Shown: positions 9,311-22,052, counted from the stretch's first letter. The stretch is 28,818 nucleotides of DNA from an uncultured bacterium (GCA_964598715.1 CAZRDA010000001.1:1-28818); one strand, 5' to 3'. The notes: a model not told the origin generated them from the sequence alone. Numbers and translations: made by a program.

Positions 9311-9363
9311 TTAGACCCCTTTCGAGGGGGTCATGGGTGCGATCAGTCTACTTGATTTATGAG

Positions 9364-9392
9364 ACCCTAGCACAGTCCAGCCGGACCGCCAA
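9364..9392 (-). promoter_or_regulatory. sigma70-type promoter for parAB
   Basis: Minus strand TTGGCG-17 bp-TAGGGT with extended -10 TGC. Confidence 0.6.
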
Positions 9393-9418
9393 GAAAAAGC
9401 AGCGGCAGATGTCGGGTG

Positions 9419-9434
9419 CGTTTCACGTGAAACA
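9419..9434. promoter_or_regulatory. parS site 1 (1 mismatch)
   Basis: CGTTTCACGTGAAACA versus consensus TGTTTCACGTGAAACA. Confidence 0.88.
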
Positions 9435-9495
9435 CGAGTCTTCTTGGTGGACCCAGACAACTGCAATCTTTCTGGAAGAGGGGGGAGAAGGGAAG

Positions 9496-9511
9496 TGTTT
9501 CACGTGAAACA
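9496..9511. promoter_or_regulatory. parS site 2 (perfect, inside a 26-bp palindrome at 9491-9516)
   Basis: GGAAG-TGTTTCACGTGAAACA-CTTCC. Confidence 0.93.
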
Positions 9512-9542
9512 CTTCCACTTGACGAACCAAGCGGACCCCAGG

Positions 9543-10247
9543 CTATGAGGGCAGCGAAGCGGGATATGTTTCACGTGAAACATCCGGTCCCCTAATCACG
9601 GCCACGGTATCTTCCGGGAGGAGTGATGTGCCGGGAAGAGTCCTAAATTCAATGCCATGGAAGGCCTGCTGGGGCCAACTAGGTGGCAGCTCCTTCCTCT
9701 TGCCTTGAAGGAGTAGGAGTGAGCCGCTCGGGGCAAGTAGCGGGGTTAGGAGGGCAATCGCCTCTGGCAGGGGTGCCAGGGCCCGTGCGGCCACTACGTC
9801 AAAGGCTCCCCGAATGCCGGGCTCGTCGCGGAGAACCTCGACCCGGCCCCGCAGACAGACGATCCCCTCCAGCCCGAGAAGCCGGATCGAATGCGACAGG
9901 AATGACGCCCGGCGCCTGGAGGCCTCGATGAGGGTGACCCGCAGATCCGGTCTCGCCACCTTGAGGGGAATCCCGGGGAACCCTGCGCCGCTTCCAACGT
10001 CGGCCAGGCCGATCCTGTCCCCCTCCGGCAGGAGGGGTAGCAGCCTCAGAGAGCGAAGGATCCCCTCTCGGACGATCTGCTCAGGCTCTCTGAACCCGGT
10101 GATGTTGACCCGCTGCCTCCAACGAGCGACTTCGGCCGCGTACGCGAGGAGTTGCTGGATGGCCCTTTCCCCCAGGGAGACACCGATCTCTGCCAGGCCC
10201 TGGTCCAACAGTGCCCGCAAAGCCGATCCGCTCACCCCCGCCCCCAC
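9543..10247 (-). CDS. rsmG: 16S rRNA m7G527 methyltransferase RsmG (GidB)
   Basis: RWRQRVNITG, SAM motif DVGSGAGFPGIPL, TLIEASRRRASFL, GRVE, FDVVAARAL; canonical position upstream of parA; GGAGG SD upstream. Confidence 0.93.
   Translation of the reverse strand: MGAGVSGSALRALLDQGLAEIGVSLGERAIQQLLAYAAEVARWRQRVNITGFREPEQIVREGILRSLRLLPLLPEGDRIGLADVGSGAGFPGIPLKVARPDLRVTLIEASRRRASFLSHSIRLLGLEGIVCLRGRVEVLRDEPGIRGAFDVVAARALAPLPEAIALLTPLLAPSGSLLLLQGKRKELPPSWPQQAFHGIEFRTLPGTSLLPEDTVAVIRGPDVSRETYPASLPS
9567..9582. promoter_or_regulatory. parS site 3 (perfect, inside rsmG coding sequence)
   Basis: TGTTTCACGTGAAACA; translated within rsmG as D-VSRET-Y. Confidence 0.9.
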
Positions 10248-10343
10248 ACGAGTCCCCCCTCCCGGAGCGGGGACACCTTGACGGGCCCGGGGAGCAGGAA
10301 GGCCCGGTCCGAGAGGGCAACGGGTTCGCGGGCCATGGGGCCG

Positions 10344-11993
10344 CTAGGCCTCTGCTGCCGTCGGCTTTTGGGGGAACCGGTTCATGTAGTACTGGTGGCC
10401 GATCTGGAGAACGTTGCTCGCCAGCCAGTAGAGGACGAGGCCGGAGGGGAAGCCCCAGAACATGAAGGTAAAGAGGATGGGCATCATGTACAGCATCATC
10501 TGGGCCTGGCGGGGGTCGCCGGCCGTGGGGGTCATCTTCTGCTGGATGAACATGCTGGCCCCCATGAAGAGGGGCAGGACGCGGACCGCGAGCCCCTCCC
10601 CGACAAACGGGACCGCGAACGGAAGGACAAAGAGGGCATCCGGCACCGAGAGATCATCAATCCAGAGGATGAAAGGGGCCCGCCAGAGCTCTACCGAGTT
10701 GCCCAGGGCGTTGTAGAGGGCGATAAAAATCGGGATCTGGATCAGCATCGGGAGACACCCCCCCAGTGGGTTCACCCCGTGGCGCTTGTACAGTTCCATG
10801 GTCTCCTGGTTCATCTTCTGGGAGTTGTTCTTGTGCCGCTCCCGGATGGCGGCCACCTTGGGCTGCAGCATCTGCATCGCCTGCATGGACTTCAGGCTCT
10901 TCTGGGTCAGCGGGAGGAACGCCACCTTCTGGAGGAGAGTAATAATCAAAATCACAACGCCGTAGTTCCCCGTGTAGCGGTACAGGAACTTCATGAGGTA
11001 GAGGGCCGGCCGGGCCAAGAAGTCGAACCACCCCAAATCCACCAGTTGCTCTAGGTCCCGCCCCGCCTCCCGCAGCCGCTCCACCTCCTTCGGGCCGCCG
11101 AAGAAGTCCAGCGTCACCACCCGCTGGGTCCCCGCCGGCAGCGCCGTCCCGGCGAAGCGCAGGGTCGCGATCGGCCGATCTCCGGACCCCTTCCCGAAAG
11201 CCGCAGCCGGGCTCCCCCCCGACGGGACCAGCGCCGCAGCGAAGTAGGTGTCCTGGACTGCGGCCCAGGCCACCTCGCCCTTCTGGACCGCTTCCTCCTT
11301 GAGTTCGCTCACGTCCTCCGTGACCCGCTTGCCCCCCACCAGCGCCACCGCCTGGGGCTCCTGCCCTGCCGCCGCTTTCGCCGTCCCCCGGAAGCCCGGC
11401 CCCCACGCCACTCGAAGGTTGGGCGTCACTGCCCCGGCGCCCGCGTTGAGGAGGCGCAACTCCAGGGCCGCGTGGTATCTGCCGGGCTGAAGGGTGAACT
11501 GCCTCTCCAGGACCAGCCCGCTCTCCTCGACAGACCGGAAGGTCACCGCCTGGGCCTCGCCCGGCCCCTCACCCGACCGCTTCACGACCTCTAAGAGCTG
11601 GTCAGGGCCGAGTCCCCCCTCGACCCATGCCGCCAGGGAGAGCGGCGGCTCGTCGGGGCCGGAGGCGGGGGCCAGGTCAACAGGCCGCCCCGCCTCATCG
11701 GTGTACTGCTTGATCCGCCAGGCGCGTACGGTCCCGCCACGGTTCGTCAGGGTGACCTGCAGCAGATCGGTCTCCAGGTGAATCTGCTCTTCCCGCACTG
11801 GCCGCGCGACGCGCACCGGCGGGCGAGCCCCCCCAGGGGAAGGCCCGGGCTTCGGGGCCGCCGCCTCGGGCACTACCGGGGCTTCGGAGGACTTCTCTTC
11901 CTTCTGGCGGGGCGCTGGGGAGACAAATACCAGTTGGTAGACAAGCAGGATCAACACCGCCAGGGCGCTCGCCAGAAGGGCGCGCTTTTCCAT
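10344..11993 (-). CDS. yidC: Membrane protein insertase YidC
   Basis: Start set at MEKRALL (ATG 11993). N-terminal TM and periplasmic domain, then NYGVVILIITLL, PL...S.KSM..MQ.LQP, NPLGGCLPMLIQIPIF, PSGLVLYW..SN. Confidence 0.95.
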   Translation of the reverse strand: MEKRALLASALAVLILLVYQLVFVSPAPRQKEEKSSEAPVVPEAAAPKPGPSPGGARPPVRVARPVREEQIHLETDLLQVTLTNRGGTVRAWRIKQYTDEAGRPVDLAPASGPDEPPLSLAAWVEGGLGPDQLLEVVKRSGEGPGEAQAVTFRSVEESGLVLERQFTLQPGRYHAALELRLLNAGAGAVTPNLRVAWGPGFRGTAKAAAGQEPQAVALVGGKRVTEDVSELKEEAVQKGEVAWAAVQDTYFAAALVPSGGSPAAAFGKGSGDRPIATLRFAGTALPAGTQRVVTLDFFGGPKEVERLREAGRDLEQLVDLGWFDFLARPALYLMKFLYRYTGNYGVVILIITLLQKVAFLPLTQKSLKSMQAMQMLQPKVAAIRERHKNNSQKMNQETMELYKRHGVNPLGGCLPMLIQIPIFIALYNALGNSVELWRAPFILWIDDLSVPDALFVLPFAVPFVGEGLAVRVLPLFMGASMFIQQKMTPTAGDPRQAQMMLYMMPILFTFMFWGFPSGLVLYWLASNVLQIGHQYYMNRFPQKPTAAEA

Positions 11994-12028
11994 GTCGCCC
12001 ACGGGGGGCCTCCGCAGCCGGCGCCGCT

Positions 12029-12259
12029 CTACGGGACGGGGTCGAACCCGGAATCCCCGAATGGGTGACACCGGAGGAGCCGCCGCACGGCCAGCCAGCC
12101 TCCCCGCCAGAGACCCCGCCGCTCGAGCGCTTCGCGGGCGTACGAGGAGCAGCTCGGCAGGAAGCGGCACGCCGCGGGAAGGGTCGGGGAGAGGAAGGCC
12201 TGGTAGGCGCCGATGAAGCCGGCGGCGGCTCTAGCGGGCAGGCGTCTGAGGCGGAGCAC
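12029..12259 (-). CDS. yidD: Membrane protein insertion efficiency factor YidD
   Basis: YQ.FLSP....CRF.PSCSSYA.EAL...[21 protein letters not shown]; GTG start at 12259. Confidence 0.92.
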   Translation of the reverse strand: MLRLRRLPARAAAGFIGAYQAFLSPTLPAACRFLPSCSSYAREALERRGLWRGGWLAVRRLLRCHPFGDSGFDPVP

Positions 12260-12641
12260 GCCTCGTCCCTCCCGCGGCGGCGGCCGCGGCGGCGGCCCGG
12301 ACGGCCTCGGCAACAGCACGGCCAAGGGCAGCGCCCATGACGCCACCCAGCGCCCTGGTGGCCACGGCGACGAGGTCCGTGCCGGGCGGGAATGCGCTGC
12401 GGTGCTGGCGGAACTGCTCGCGCAAGAGCCGCTTGACGCGGTTGCGAAGGGCCGCGCCGCCGACGCGCCGCCCCACAGTCAAGCCGAGACGCACCGCTTC
12501 CCCCTCGCCCCGGGCGACATGGAGGACGAACGGCCCCGAGCTGAGGCGCCGCCCGATCCGGAGGGCGCGGGCAAGATCCGCCCCCCTGAGAATCCGGGCG
12601 GCCCTCGGGAAGCGGTTCTGCCCTCTCTGCGGGGGCCTCAG
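12231..12641 (-). CDS. rnpA: Ribonuclease P protein component (start uncertain, probably CTG)
   Basis: [33 protein letters not shown] (RNR motif). The conserved N-terminus lies upstream of the ORF-track GTG; the nearest plausible start is CTG at 12641 overlapping the rpmH stop. Confidence 0.88.
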   Translation of the reverse strand: MRPPQRGQNRFPRAARILRGADLARALRIGRRLSSGPFVLHVARGEGEAVRLGLTVGRRVGGAALRNRVKRLLREQFRQHRSAFPPGTDLVAVATRALGGVMGAALGRAVAEAVRAAAAAAAAGGTRRAPPQTPAR

Positions 12642-12772
12642 ACCGTCAGGCGCCAGCGTCCCTTTGCCCGTCGGCGCTTGAGGACATTCCTCCCGCCCGG
12701 AGTGCTCATCCGCTTGCGAAATCCGTGCGTGCGTTTGCGCTTGCTCCGATCCGGCTGGTAGGTGCGTTTCAT
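12638..12772 (-). CDS. rpmH: 50S ribosomal protein L34
   Basis: [44 protein letters not shown] (44 aa, below the ORF-track cutoff). Confidence 0.97.
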   Translation of the reverse strand: MKRTYQPDRSKRKRTHGFRKRMSTPGGRNVLKRRRAKGRWRLTV

Positions 12773-12817
12773 CGCGCTCCCGGGGTGGGCCGCTCAGTCC
12801 TTGTACGACAAGCGGTT

Positions 12818-12846
12818 ACCTTAGCGGGGGTGGGCGGCACTGTCAA
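12818..12846 (-). promoter_or_regulatory. sigma70-type promoter for rpmH-rnpA-yidD-yidC
   Basis: Minus strand TTGACA-17 bp-TAAGGT. Confidence 0.8.
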
Positions 12847-13436
12847 GCGCAAAGCATGGGATGGCACCAGAAATCCATTGCGGCAGCCGGGGAGCCTATG
12901 CTATTTTTCGGAGCGAGCAGAGCAGCTTGAAATGCGTGTAATTACAGGGTTCTCGAGTGGCTGTCGCGAGCTCCTGGGGTGGTGCAGCGAAGGGGGGTCC
13001 GGGATTCCGCGGCGCGCGAGCCGTTATCCACAGATGTGGATAAGCGTGTGTGTAAGTCTTGGTCGAGCTAGGCCCAGTTTTTCATGGGGTTATGTCGGTG
13101 TCCACCAATGGGTGCCGCCGGAGAGCCTCGGACCAACCGAGGTGCGTTACCTGCCCTGTGGAGAAGCAGTGGGATTGCTCCCCACACAAGGGCCGCCAGG
13201 CGACGCTCGCATCGGGCAGCACTTGTGTTCACAGCGTTGGTTGTGTTAGGTCGGTGTGAATCCACAGATCATTCCAAGACGCACCGCGGCTCGCGACCTG
13301 GCTCTTCTCCTGTTCTGCACAGGAGTCACAAGACTAGTGGTACTACGACTCCTTTTTGAGATAATCATGGAATGAGGAGTGGAATGAGGAGTGGGGTGCT
13401 CACAACTTTGCGGATGAGGGAAGCGAGGCGCTAACA
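12847..13436. other. Putative oriC (rpmH-dnaN intergenic region, no dnaA)
   Basis: Gene-strand switch point, GC visibly lower than the flanks, two perfect DnaA boxes plus degenerate ones, trio-like tract before dnaN, parABS nearby. Confidence 0.7.
13024..13043. promoter_or_regulatory. Inverted pair of perfect DnaA boxes
   Basis: TTATCCACA-GA-TGTGGATAA. Single-mismatch boxes at 13157-13165 (TGTGGAGAA) and 13313-13321 (TTCTGCACA). Confidence 0.85.
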
Positions 13437-14540
13437 ATGCATATTCGGGTTCAGCGAGGGGATTTTCTCTCCACGCTTGCTCAGGTCCAAGGGGTAGTGG
13501 AGGCGAAAAAAACACTCCCAATCCTCTCCCATCTTCTTTTGGAGGCGGGCGAGGGTGGCCTGAATGTATTCGGCACCGACCTCGACGTGGGGATCCGGAG
13601 CGCGACACCCGCCGAGATTCTGACCCCCGGGGCCATCGCCCTCTCCGCAAAGAAACTGTACGAGATCATGCGGGAACTCCCGGAGGCTCCCGTAGACTTG
13701 CGGGTCCAAGAGGAGCTCACCGCGGAGATCATCTGCCAGCGCTCACGGTTCAAACTCAAAGGTCTCCCCATAGACGAGTTCCCAGCGCGGCCGGTGATTC
13801 CAGCGGAGGGAGGCCTTGGCATGTCTCCCGAGACGCTGCGGAGCATGATCCAGCGGACAGCGTTCGCGGTCTCGACAGACCAGACCCGCTACACCCTCAC
13901 CGGCGCGCTGCTGCAGGTGACATCGGAAGAGGCACGAATGGTCGCCACCGACGGCCACCGGCTTGCGGTGGCCCGCGCGCCGCGAGACCGGGTGACGGGG
14001 AACGGCCTGACCGAGGCCCTCCTGCCTCGCAAGGCGCTCCTGGAGGCCTCAAAAGCCCTGCGCGAGGACGGCGAGGATGTCCGCCTGGTGCCCGTCGGGA
14101 ACCAGGTGGCCTTTGACCTGGGGCCCACGCTCCTCATCTGCCGACTCATCGAGGGGCAGTTTCCCAACTATCAGCAAGTTCTGCCGGCGGCGCAGGGGCG
14201 GGGGCTGACAGTGAAGAAGGAGGAGCTCGTGGGGGCTCTGAAGCGAACCTCCACCATTATCGGGGACCGGACGGCGCCCACCGTGTTCGACTTCCGGCGC
14301 GGCCGCCTCACGGTCTCGTGCGTCAACCTGGACCTGGGCGAGGCGCGGGAGGAGGTGGAGGTCCAGCACGCAGAGAAGGACCTGACCGCGGGCTTTAACG
14401 CCCGCTACGTCCTGGACTTCCTCGGGGTGGTGGACGAGGCGGAGGTGAGCATCCATCTCAACGATGCGCTGAGCCCGGCACTCTTCCGGCCCCTCCAGGG
14501 GCAGGACTACAGCTGCGTCATCATGCCGATGCGCCTGTAG
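13437..14540 (+). CDS. dnaN: DNA polymerase III beta sliding clamp
   Basis: TLPILSHLLL, GTDLDV, TDQTRYTLTG, VATDGHRLA, RLIEGQFPNYQQV, GFNARYVLDFL, C-terminal VIMPMRL. Confidence 0.97.
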   Translation: MHIRVQRGDFLSTLAQVQGVVEAKKTLPILSHLLLEAGEGGLNVFGTDLDVGIRSATPAEILTPGAIALSAKKLYEIMRELPEAPVDLRVQEELTAEIICQRSRFKLKGLPIDEFPARPVIPAEGGLGMSPETLRSMIQRTAFAVSTDQTRYTLTGALLQVTSEEARMVATDGHRLAVARAPRDRVTGNGLTEALLPRKALLEASKALREDGEDVRLVPVGNQVAFDLGPTLLICRLIEGQFPNYQQVLPAAQGRGLTVKKEELVGALKRTSTIIGDRTAPTVFDFRRGRLTVSCVNLDLGEAREEVEVQHAEKDLTAGFNARYVLDFLGVVDEAEVSIHLNDALSPALFRPLQGQDYSCVIMPMRL

Positions 14541-14562
14541 GGCGCGGCGGAACCGCGGGCGC

Positions 14563-18137
<3,575 letters not shown>

Positions 18138-18155
18138 CCGCGCGAGGACGGGGTA

Positions 18156-20708
18156 ATGCCCGAGGAGATCCGGGGTCAGGGCACACCACCGCCGGTGCAG
18201 CCGTTGCGCGGGATCGGCGAGGTCCGCCCCATCGACATCCACGAGGAGATGCGGCGGTCGTATCTCGATTACGCGATGAGCGTGATCATCGGGCGGGCGC
18301 TCCCCGATGTCCGGGACGGGCTGAAGCCGGTCCAGCGGCGCATCCTGTACGCCATGTGGGAGAACGGGCTGCGGCCCGGCGCCCGGTTGCGGAAGTCGGC
18401 GGCCGTCGTCGGGGAGGTGCTGAAGAGTTTCCACCCCCACGGCGATGTCGCGGTCTACGACACCATGGTCCGCTTGGTGCAGGACTTCTCCCTCCGGTAC
18501 CCCCTGATCGAGGGGCAGGGGAACTTCGGCTCCGTGGATGGGGACGCGGCGGCGGCCTACCGGTACACGGAGGTGAGGCTGGCGCGAATCGCCCAGGAGA
18601 TGCTGGCAGACATCGAGAAGGACACGGCGGACTTCGTCCCGAACTTCGACGAGACCCTTCTGGAGCCCACCGTGCTCCCGGGCCGCCTCCCGAACCTCCT
18701 GGTGAACGGCGCCACGGGGATCGCGGTGGGGATGGCGACCAACATCCCCCCCCACAACCTGGGTGAGATCCTGGACGGCGCCCTGCTTCTGCTGGAGGAC
18801 CCGGAGACCTCGCTCGAGGCGCTGATGGAAAAGGTCCAGGGGCCGGACTTCCCCACGGGGGCGATCATCAACGGGCGGGGCGGCATCCTGGAGGCCTACC
18901 GGACCGGTCGGGGTCTCATCCAGATGCGGGCCCGGGCGGGCAAGGAGCCGGTCCGGGGCGGCAAGGAGAACATCATCATCTCGGAACTCCCGTTCCAGGT
19001 GAACAAGGCGAAACTGATCGAGCGGATCGCCGAGTTGGTCCGGGAGCGGAAGGTCGAGGGGATCGCGGACCTGCGGGACGAGTCCGACCGGGAGGGGATG
19101 CGGATTGTCCTCGAACTCAAGCGGGACGAGGACGCCCGGCCGATTCTGAACCAACTGTACCGCTATACGGCCATGCAGTCCACCTTCGGGGTGATCATGC
19201 TGGCGCTGGTGGACAACCAGCCCAAGGTCTGCACGCTGCGGGAGCTGCTCCAGCACTTCCTCCAGCACCGGCGGGACGTGGTGGTCCGCCGGACCCGCTT
19301 CGAGCTGCGCAAGGCGGAGGAGCGGGCCCACATCCTGGAGGGGTACCGGATGGCCCTGGACCGTCTGGACGAGGTCATTACCCTCATCCGGAACGCTCCA
19401 ACCGTTGACGAGGCCCGCGTCGGTCTGGTGCAGCGCTTCGGCATGAGCGTGATCCAGGCCCAGGCCATCCTGGATCTCCGATTGCAGCGCCTCACGGGCC
19501 TCGAGCGCCAGAAGATCCTGGAGGAGTACCGCGAGGTGCTCCAGACGATCGAAAGGCTGCGGGCGATCCTCCAGAGCGAGGGCCTCCTGCGCCAGCTCAT
19601 CCGAGAGGAACTCGTCGCGCTGAAGGATCAGTACGCGGACCAGCGCCGGACCGCGATCCTGGAGGAGCAGCCAGAGCTTCAGTTCGAGGACCTCGTGGCG
19701 GACGAGGAGATGGTCATCACCGTCTCTCACCAGGGGTACGTCAAGCGCAGCCCGCTCGGCATCTACCGGGCGCAGCGGCGGGGCGGGAAGGGCTCGACCG
19801 GCATGGTGACGAAGGAGGAGGACTACGTCGAGCACCTCTTCGTGGCCTCTACCCACTCCTCCCTGCTGTTCTTCACGGACCGGGGGAAGGTCCACTGGGT
19901 GAAAGTCCACGAGGTCCCCCAGGCTGGCCGGGCGGCCAAGGGGAAGGCGGCCGTGAACCTCTTGGAGCTCGAGCCGGGGGAGACGATCACCACGCTGATC
20001 CCGATCCGCAAGGTCGAGGTCGGCCGCTACCTCATGATGGCCACGCGGCGGGGGATCGTGAAGAAGACGGAACTGGCGGCATACGGGAACCCCCGGGCCG
20101 CCGGCATTATCGCGCTGACGTTAGACGAGGGAGACCGGCTGATCGCCGTCGAGTTGACCCGCGGGACGGACGAGGTCTTCCTCGGGACCCGGCAGGGGCA
20201 GGCCATCCGCTTCAAGGAGGAAGAGGCCCGGCCGATGGGCCGAACCGCGCGCGGGGTGATCGGGATCTCCCTCGAGGAGGGGGATGAGGCGGTGGGGATG
20301 GAGATCGTCTCCGAGGGGGCGACGATTCTCACGGTGACGGAGCGGGGCTACGGCAAACGGTCCGACCTCGGTGAGTACCGGCTCCAGGGGCGGGGCGGGA
20401 AGGGGATCATCAATATCCGCGTGACGGAGAAGAACGGTCCGGTGGTCGGCGTCAAGAAGGTGACCGACGAGGACGGCCTGATGATGATCTCCCAGGAGGG
20501 GAAGATCACCCGGCTGAACGTGCGGGACGTGAGCGTCATCGGGCGGGCCACGCAGGGGGTCCGGCTGCAGGGGCTGGAGGCCGGCGACCGGGTGGCGGAC
20601 ATCACGCGCCTCGTCACCGAGGAGGTGGAGGAGAACGGCGGGGGGCCGACCCCTGCGGGCGGGCCGGGGGAGCCTCCCGAGGCTGCGGAGGGTCCCGCCT
20701 CGGCTTGA
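18156..20708 (+). CDS. gyrA: DNA gyrase subunit A
   Basis: [24 protein letters not shown], catalytic Tyr in RYTE (18564-18566), GyrA-box QRRGGKG, beta-pinwheel repeats. Confidence 0.98.
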   Translation: MPEEIRGQGTPPPVQPLRGIGEVRPIDIHEEMRRSYLDYAMSVIIGRALPDVRDGLKPVQRRILYAMWENGLRPGARLRKSAAVVGEVLKSFHPHGDVAVYDTMVRLVQDFSLRYPLIEGQGNFGSVDGDAAAAYRYTEVRLARIAQEMLADIEKDTADFVPNFDETLLEPTVLPGRLPNLLVNGATGIAVGMATNIPPHNLGEILDGALLLLEDPETSLEALMEKVQGPDFPTGAIINGRGGILEAYRTGRGLIQMRARAGKEPVRGGKENIIISELPFQVNKAKLIERIAELVRERKVEGIADLRDESDREGMRIVLELKRDEDARPILNQLYRYTAMQSTFGVIMLALVDNQPKVCTLRELLQHFLQHRRDVVVRRTRFELRKAEERAHILEGYRMALDRLDEVITLIRNAPTVDEARVGLVQRFGMSVIQAQAILDLRLQRLTGLERQKILEEYREVLQTIERLRAILQSEGLLRQLIREELVALKDQYADQRRTAILEEQPELQFEDLVADEEMVITVSHQGYVKRSPLGIYRAQRRGGKGSTGMVTKEEDYVEHLFVASTHSSLLFFTDRGKVHWVKVHEVPQAGRAAKGKAAVNLLELEPGETITTLIPIRKVEVGRYLMMATRRGIVKKTELAAYGNPRAAGIIALTLDEGDRLIAVELTRGTDEVFLGTRQGQAIRFKEEEARPMGRTARGVIGISLEEGDEAVGMEIVSEGATILTVTERGYGKRSDLGEYRLQGRGGKGIINIRVTEKNGPVVGVKKVTDEDGLMMISQEGKITRLNVRDVSVIGRATQGVRLQGLEAGDRVADITRLVTEEVEENGGGPTPAGGPGEPPEAAEGPASA

Positions 20709-20733
20709 CCGTCCCCCGGGCCGGTGCTAGGGT
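20705..20733 (+). promoter_or_regulatory. sigma70-type promoter for serS/tRNA cluster, overlapping the gyrA stop
   Basis: TTGACC-17 bp-TAGGGT with extended -10 TGC. Confidence 0.7.
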
Positions 20734-20759
20734 ATTCCCCCTTTGGGGGTGGGACTGGC

Positions 20760-22034
20760 GTGCTGGATCCGCGGATCATCCGGGAGAAGCCGGAGTGGCT
20801 CCGGCAGAAGGTCAGGGATCGGGGCGTCCCGTTCGACGTGGATGGCCTGCTGAACCTGGAGGCGGAGCGGCGGCGCCTGCTCGCCGAACTGGAGCGCCTG
20901 CGGGCGCGCAAGAACGCCCTCTCAGAGGAGATCGGGAGGCGGAAGCGGGCCGGGCAGGACGCGGCGACGCTCGTGGCGGAGTCGGCCGGGATTGACCCGG
21001 CGCTGAAGGGGCTGACAGAGCAGCAGCGGAAGGCGCAGGAGCAGTTTGATGCGCTCCTCCTCATGGTCCCCAATCTCCCCCACGATTCGGTGCCGGTTGG
21101 GGCCGACCCGGCCGCAAACCGGGAGGTCCGGCGGTGGGGGAAGCCACGGGAACTCGCCTTTACGCCAAAGCCACACTGGGAGCTGGGGGAGGCGCTGGGG
21201 ATCCTGGACTTCGAGCGGGGGGCGCGGCTGGCCCAGACCCGCTTCGCCGTCCTGACGGGGGCGGGCGCGAGGCTCGAGCGTGCGCTGATGAACTTCATGC
21301 TGGACCTGCACACCCGGGAACACGGCTACACGGAAGCCGCTCCACCGCTCCTGGTGAACGCGGCCGCGATGACGGGCACGGGGCAACTGCCGAAGTTCGA
21401 GGAGGAACTGTTCAAGACCCAGGAGGGGCTCTACCTGATCCCGACAGCGGAAGTTCCCCTCACGAACCTGCACCGGGGGGAGATCCTGCCACCGGGCGCG
21501 CTGCCGAAAAAGTACACGGCCGCCACCCCGTGCTTCCGGCGGGAGGCCGGCTCCTACGGGAAGGACACCCGGGGCCTGATCCGCCAGCACCAGTTCAACA
21601 AAGTGGAGCTGGTCTGGTTCACGGAGGCGGGAGGGTCCTACGGGGCCCTGGAGCGACTGACCGCCGACGCCGAGGAGGTTCTGCGGCGCCTCGAACTGCC
21701 GTATCGGGTCGTCGCCCTCTCGACCGGGGATCTGGGGTTCGCGTCGGCCAAGACCTACGATCTGGAGGTCTGGCTGCCGGGGCACGGCGATTTCCGGGAG
21801 ATCTCCTCGTGCAGCAACTGCGAGGACTTCCAGGCGCGCCGGGCGGAGATCCGGTACCGCCCGCATCCGAAGGCCGTACCGGAGTATGCCCATACCCTGA
21901 ACGGCTCCGGGCTGGCGGTCGGGCGGACCTGGATCGCCCTCCTGGAGAACTTCCAGGAAGCCGATGGGAGCGTGACGATCCCGGATGCCCTGCGGCCCCA
22001 CCTGGACGGGGAGAAGCGTCTCGCGCCCCGGTAG
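20760..22034 (+). CDS. serS: Serine--tRNA ligase
   Basis: Start set at GTG giving MLDPRIIRE; [10 protein letters not shown], motif 2 [51 protein letters not shown]. Confidence 0.97.
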   Translation: MLDPRIIREKPEWLRQKVRDRGVPFDVDGLLNLEAERRRLLAELERLRARKNALSEEIGRRKRAGQDAATLVAESAGIDPALKGLTEQQRKAQEQFDALLLMVPNLPHDSVPVGADPAANREVRRWGKPRELAFTPKPHWELGEALGILDFERGARLAQTRFAVLTGAGARLERALMNFMLDLHTREHGYTEAAPPLLVNAAAMTGTGQLPKFEEELFKTQEGLYLIPTAEVPLTNLHRGEILPPGALPKKYTAATPCFRREAGSYGKDTRGLIRQHQFNKVELVWFTEAGGSYGALERLTADAEEVLRRLELPYRVVALSTGDLGFASAKTYDLEVWLPGHGDFREISSCSNCEDFQARRAEIRYRPHPKAVPEYAHTLNGSGLAVGRTWIALLENFQEADGSVTIPDALRPHLDGEKRLAPR

Positions 22035-22052
22035 CGGGCCGCGGAGCCACGG

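Noticed and set aside
9419-9582. Three regularly spaced palindromic repeats resembling a mini-CRISPR
   Set aside because: Repeats are the 16-bp parS consensus next to parAB; spacers of 55-61 bp are too long; no cas genes; one copy lies in a CDS.
12725-13249. 174-aa plus-strand ORF as a possible dnaA remnant or alternative initiator
   Set aside because: Overlaps rpmH, its promoter and the DnaA boxes; no DnaA or AAA+ motifs; atypical composition.
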